A DNA stretch of 64,000 nucleotides from Leucoraja erinacea (taxonomy: Eukaryota): NCBI RefSeq assembly GCF_028641065.1, contig NW_026576092.1, positions 124,001 through 188,000 on the forward strand. Direction: 5' to 3'. The notes under the pieces were generated by a model, which worked only from the letters and a program-made list of their open reading frames with translations, had not been told where the DNA came from and made no database searches. Below are positions 60,752 to 64,000 of the stretch, one piece after another. Position 1 is the stretch's first letter. Each line of letters opens with the position of its first letter. The position numbers and the translations under genes were made by a program.

Positions 60752-62466
60752 TGTAGGTATGTTACAAAACTTACCTTCAGCGGTGCTGCAGATCGCCACT
60801 ATCCATGACCGGGCCGCAACTTTTGCGCCTTTGAGAGGGGGGCGGGATTAAAATGCTGTTTCTCCCCCCTGGCTGCCGTAGTCGATCTTTCCTCAGCTGC
60901 TGTTCAGCACCTTCCGTTTCTGAAGAAAAATCAATCCGACATCCGTTCCTCTGACGTTTTTTTAAAACAACGCTGGACAATTTTAGCGCTGAGAAAATAA
61001 AACCCTCAATGGGAGCGACTAGACTTCTCCCCGATGCGCGTCAAATAAGGTAGGTGCTCTGCCTCCGGATCCTCCCGTATGGGCTTCATTAGGCCTAAGT
61101 TGTTTACGGAGGCAGATAGACTTGCTTCTTAGGATTACTATAATCCAAGTTTGACATTGCGGAAAGGTGATTTAGGCCCCATATGAAACCGGCAGTGTTT
61201 TTTTCCTTCCTAAAATTACTTCCCCGATATGGAGTTTAAATTCACCACAACGTTCCAAATGATTGCGTTCCACAAAATCCCACTCGCAGATGATTTAAAT
61301 GGCCATTAATTTACAGAATTAAACACTAAGTTGCTTCCATTTGGCCTATAAATTCATGACAATGAGATTTAAAAATCATGTCGATAAAAGTCCTTTTATC
61401 GGTGCTCCATTCAGAGCGTACTAACATACTGTGTATGCGTGTGGTACACCAGCTGCACAGCGGCTCAGAGGAAAGCGCTCCAGAGGGCCATTGACAACGC
61501 CCAGAGGGATTGTCGCTGCCCTCTTCCCTATCTTGGAGACTTACACAGTTCCCGTTGCGCCGCCCCGCCAAACCAAAAAAACCCAGAATATCATAAAGGA
61601 CTTTCCGGGTCGGACACTCCCCCTGTTTGAACTGTTGCCGTCAGGCAGACATCGGTACAGATCTACAAGGACAAGGACGAACAGACTAAAAACACATTTT
61701 TACCCCACTGCTATAAAAGCGACACTAAATGTAGCCGCCAAGGAACGCAGGGATCTCCCGTACAGACTAAGGGACTGTGGTAACTGTTAAATCGACAGAA
61801 GGATGGAGGGTTGGGTGGTGTATTTAGGCTGTGTTCGTGATATTTATTTAGTTGTTTATCTTTATTATTTACCGTGTATGTATCGTTAGCTTTTAGAAAT
61901 GTTTGAATGCTGCACTGACTGGCTGACATTTTAAATTTCGTTGTACATGGTTCATGTCACAATGACAATAAAGAAACTATTCTATTCTAATTCTATGTTA
62001 TTTTGTGAATTCTTGTGTGAATGTTATTTGGACACTTAAGCTATTTAAAAATGTTAACCTTTTCTTAAGAAATGGATAGATGTTTAGATCTAGTAATTGA
62101 ATTTTGTAATTAGCTACAATTAGGTAACTAACTAATTATATGCTTTAATTTCAGGTCATCCAAGTAAGATTGTTTCATATTTGTTACAGAATGCTTCCAT
62201 TTATAATAACTGAACATTTAATTCAGTTCTCTTAATTTTTAAGAAAGTTATGGGCTTTTGACTGTCCTTGATCACAGCTTTTGTGTTAAGTCAATGGAAA
62301 AGCAATAGGGAACAAGATGCTAATTTCAGTATGAAAATGGCCATAACTTTTTTTATACTGAAGATATGAAAGTGAATTAGGTGTCAAATTAAACTTCTTT
62401 TTATGTTTTATCTGATGGGATAAATTGCAGATGTTTTTAATCTCAAAATTTTGTAACATTGCTACA
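60752..62466. mobile_element. putative non-autonomous TIR DNA element carrying a Rex insertion
   Basis: Imperfect terminal inverted repeats tgtaggtatgttacaaaactt and tgtagcaatgttacaaaattt (reverse complement of the right end); no TSD or transposase seen. Confidence 0.5.
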
Positions 62467-62667
62467 CCCTTCAGTTTGGGGCAAAGGGACTCTGATATTG
62501 TGGGTGGGCCATTAAGGAAAGACATTTTCACTATAGAACCCGATGGTCTGGATGTACATCTGAGTCATATTGAACTCAGTAAACTAGGGGTGGCACTGAT
62601 TTTTGGCGATTGATTCTGGGGCATTCGACCTTCCAAAGTGCAACACAAAGTGCACACTTGCTCGGAT

Positions 62668-64000
62668 TTTACTTCGGAGTCATGTGAGTGACTATGTGAA
62701 GAAGCCCGCCAGGACGCATGCGTGTCATATCGCTACGTGCATTGTGAAACGTCAGACGCGGTGGAACGACGTTCCCCCGCAGCGGCAGTTTTTAAAAGCC
62801 GCAACTTGCAGGTAAGAGTTTACTCTGCGGTCTTTTTTATTTCCATTTCCAACTACAGGTGGGAACATGGACAAAACAAAGAGGACAAGGGCTGTGACAA
62901 AGCTGATGAGGGAGGACCGCGGAGCAGCGGGCAGCCAGCAGCGGCCAGCGGCACTTGGATCATCGATAGTGGGATCAGCTGTGCCTGATGTCGCCTCCGC
63001 ACCGAGCATGTTAACAACTGATACTTACATCTTAAGCAGTATCCAGGGATATACAATTGAGTTTATACACAAGTACAGCCCTCCAGTTCAACATATACCG
63101 AACCGAATGTTCGTGCTTTCTGATAAAGAAAAATCAGAAGCGCAAGCTGAACTGGAGCGGCTTTACGTAAAAGGTGTAATTGAGAAAACTCAACACGAAC
63201 CATTAGAATTCGTGTCCAATATATTTACCAAAGCCAAAAAAGATGGTGGTTGTCGCATCATCATAGATCTGACAAAATTGAATACATTTGTACAATATAT
63301 TCACTTCAAAATGGAAACCTTTGTTACTTCTAAACAATTAATTTCCAAAGGTTACTTCATGGCCAGCATCGATTTAAAAGATGCTTATATTCGGAGGTGA
63401 CCACAGATGTTACTTAAAATTCAACTGGATGGGACAACTCTGACAGTATAAAGCACTGCCAAATGGTTTTATCATCAGCCCCCAGGCTATTCACAAATAT
63501 TTTGAAATCAGCCCTAGGGTTTCTACGGAAACGTAAACACATGGTCATGTCATATTTAGATGACATACTCATTGTAGGCAAAACTTTGGAATTGGCCAAA
63601 CAAACTGTAACAGCCACAAAACAGTTATTTGAAAAACTGGGATTTATTATCCATCCAGTAAATTCTAAACTAACGCCTAATGGACTATTTGGGGTTCACC
63701 ATTGACTCAGTTCACATGTCGATGGCACTACCTAAGGGAAAGGCTAGAGATTTAATAGAGGCTTGCAATAACCTCATTGACGTCAGCAAACCATCCATCA
63801 GATTGGTAGCAAAGATAATTAGTAAAATGGTGGCTGCTTTTCCAGCCACACAATTTGGACCTCTACATTACCAAAACTTACAGAGAGCAAAAATACAAGC
63901 ACTCAAAATTAATGGAGGTCACTTTGATAGACCTATGAAACTACCAATCAAAGCTAAAATGGAACTAAAATGGTGGATAGATAACATCTGGCTTTGTTCC
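62668..64000 (+). mobile_element. DIRS-like (tyrosine-recombinase) retrotransposon, internally deleted and frameshifted, runs off the window
   Basis: IQGYTIEF, SNIFTKAKKDGGCRIIIDL, HFKMET, SIDLKDAY, LSSAPRLFT and YLDD; this motif set is typical of DIRS1 RT. Confidence 0.85.

Overview
Eukaryotic, repeat-saturated vertebrate DNA. The protein and repeat content point to a cartilaginous fish, most likely a skate or ray. The only host gene I can support is a complete minus-strand beta-2-microglobulin gene (b2m): coding exons 33277-33325, 28176-28454 and 25970-25980, a non-coding last exon ending near 24845, and a predicted 112-aa precursor. Its promoter has a recognisable MHC-type S-X1-X2-Y module, intron 1 has an ISRE, and two upstream unique islands carry NF-kB motifs, one also IRF motifs. 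The rest is mobile DNA: about 45 CR1 LINE fragments from two main tail families, V-SINE/HE1-like SINEs, several Rex1/Babar families, RTE, L2, L1 and I-group fragments, a DIRS element, and a TIR-bounded element. There is also a Penelope-like element with more than 10 short derivatives carrying a minimal hammerhead-ribozyme motif. A divergent endogenous retrovirus (about 49.99-59.48 kb, minus strand) is broken by about 10 nested insertions but can be reassembled as LTR-gag-(-1 frame)-pro-RT-RNase H. There is one 216-N gap, and several mosaic repeats look like assembly consensus artefacts. Repeat boundaries were read by eye and are approximate.
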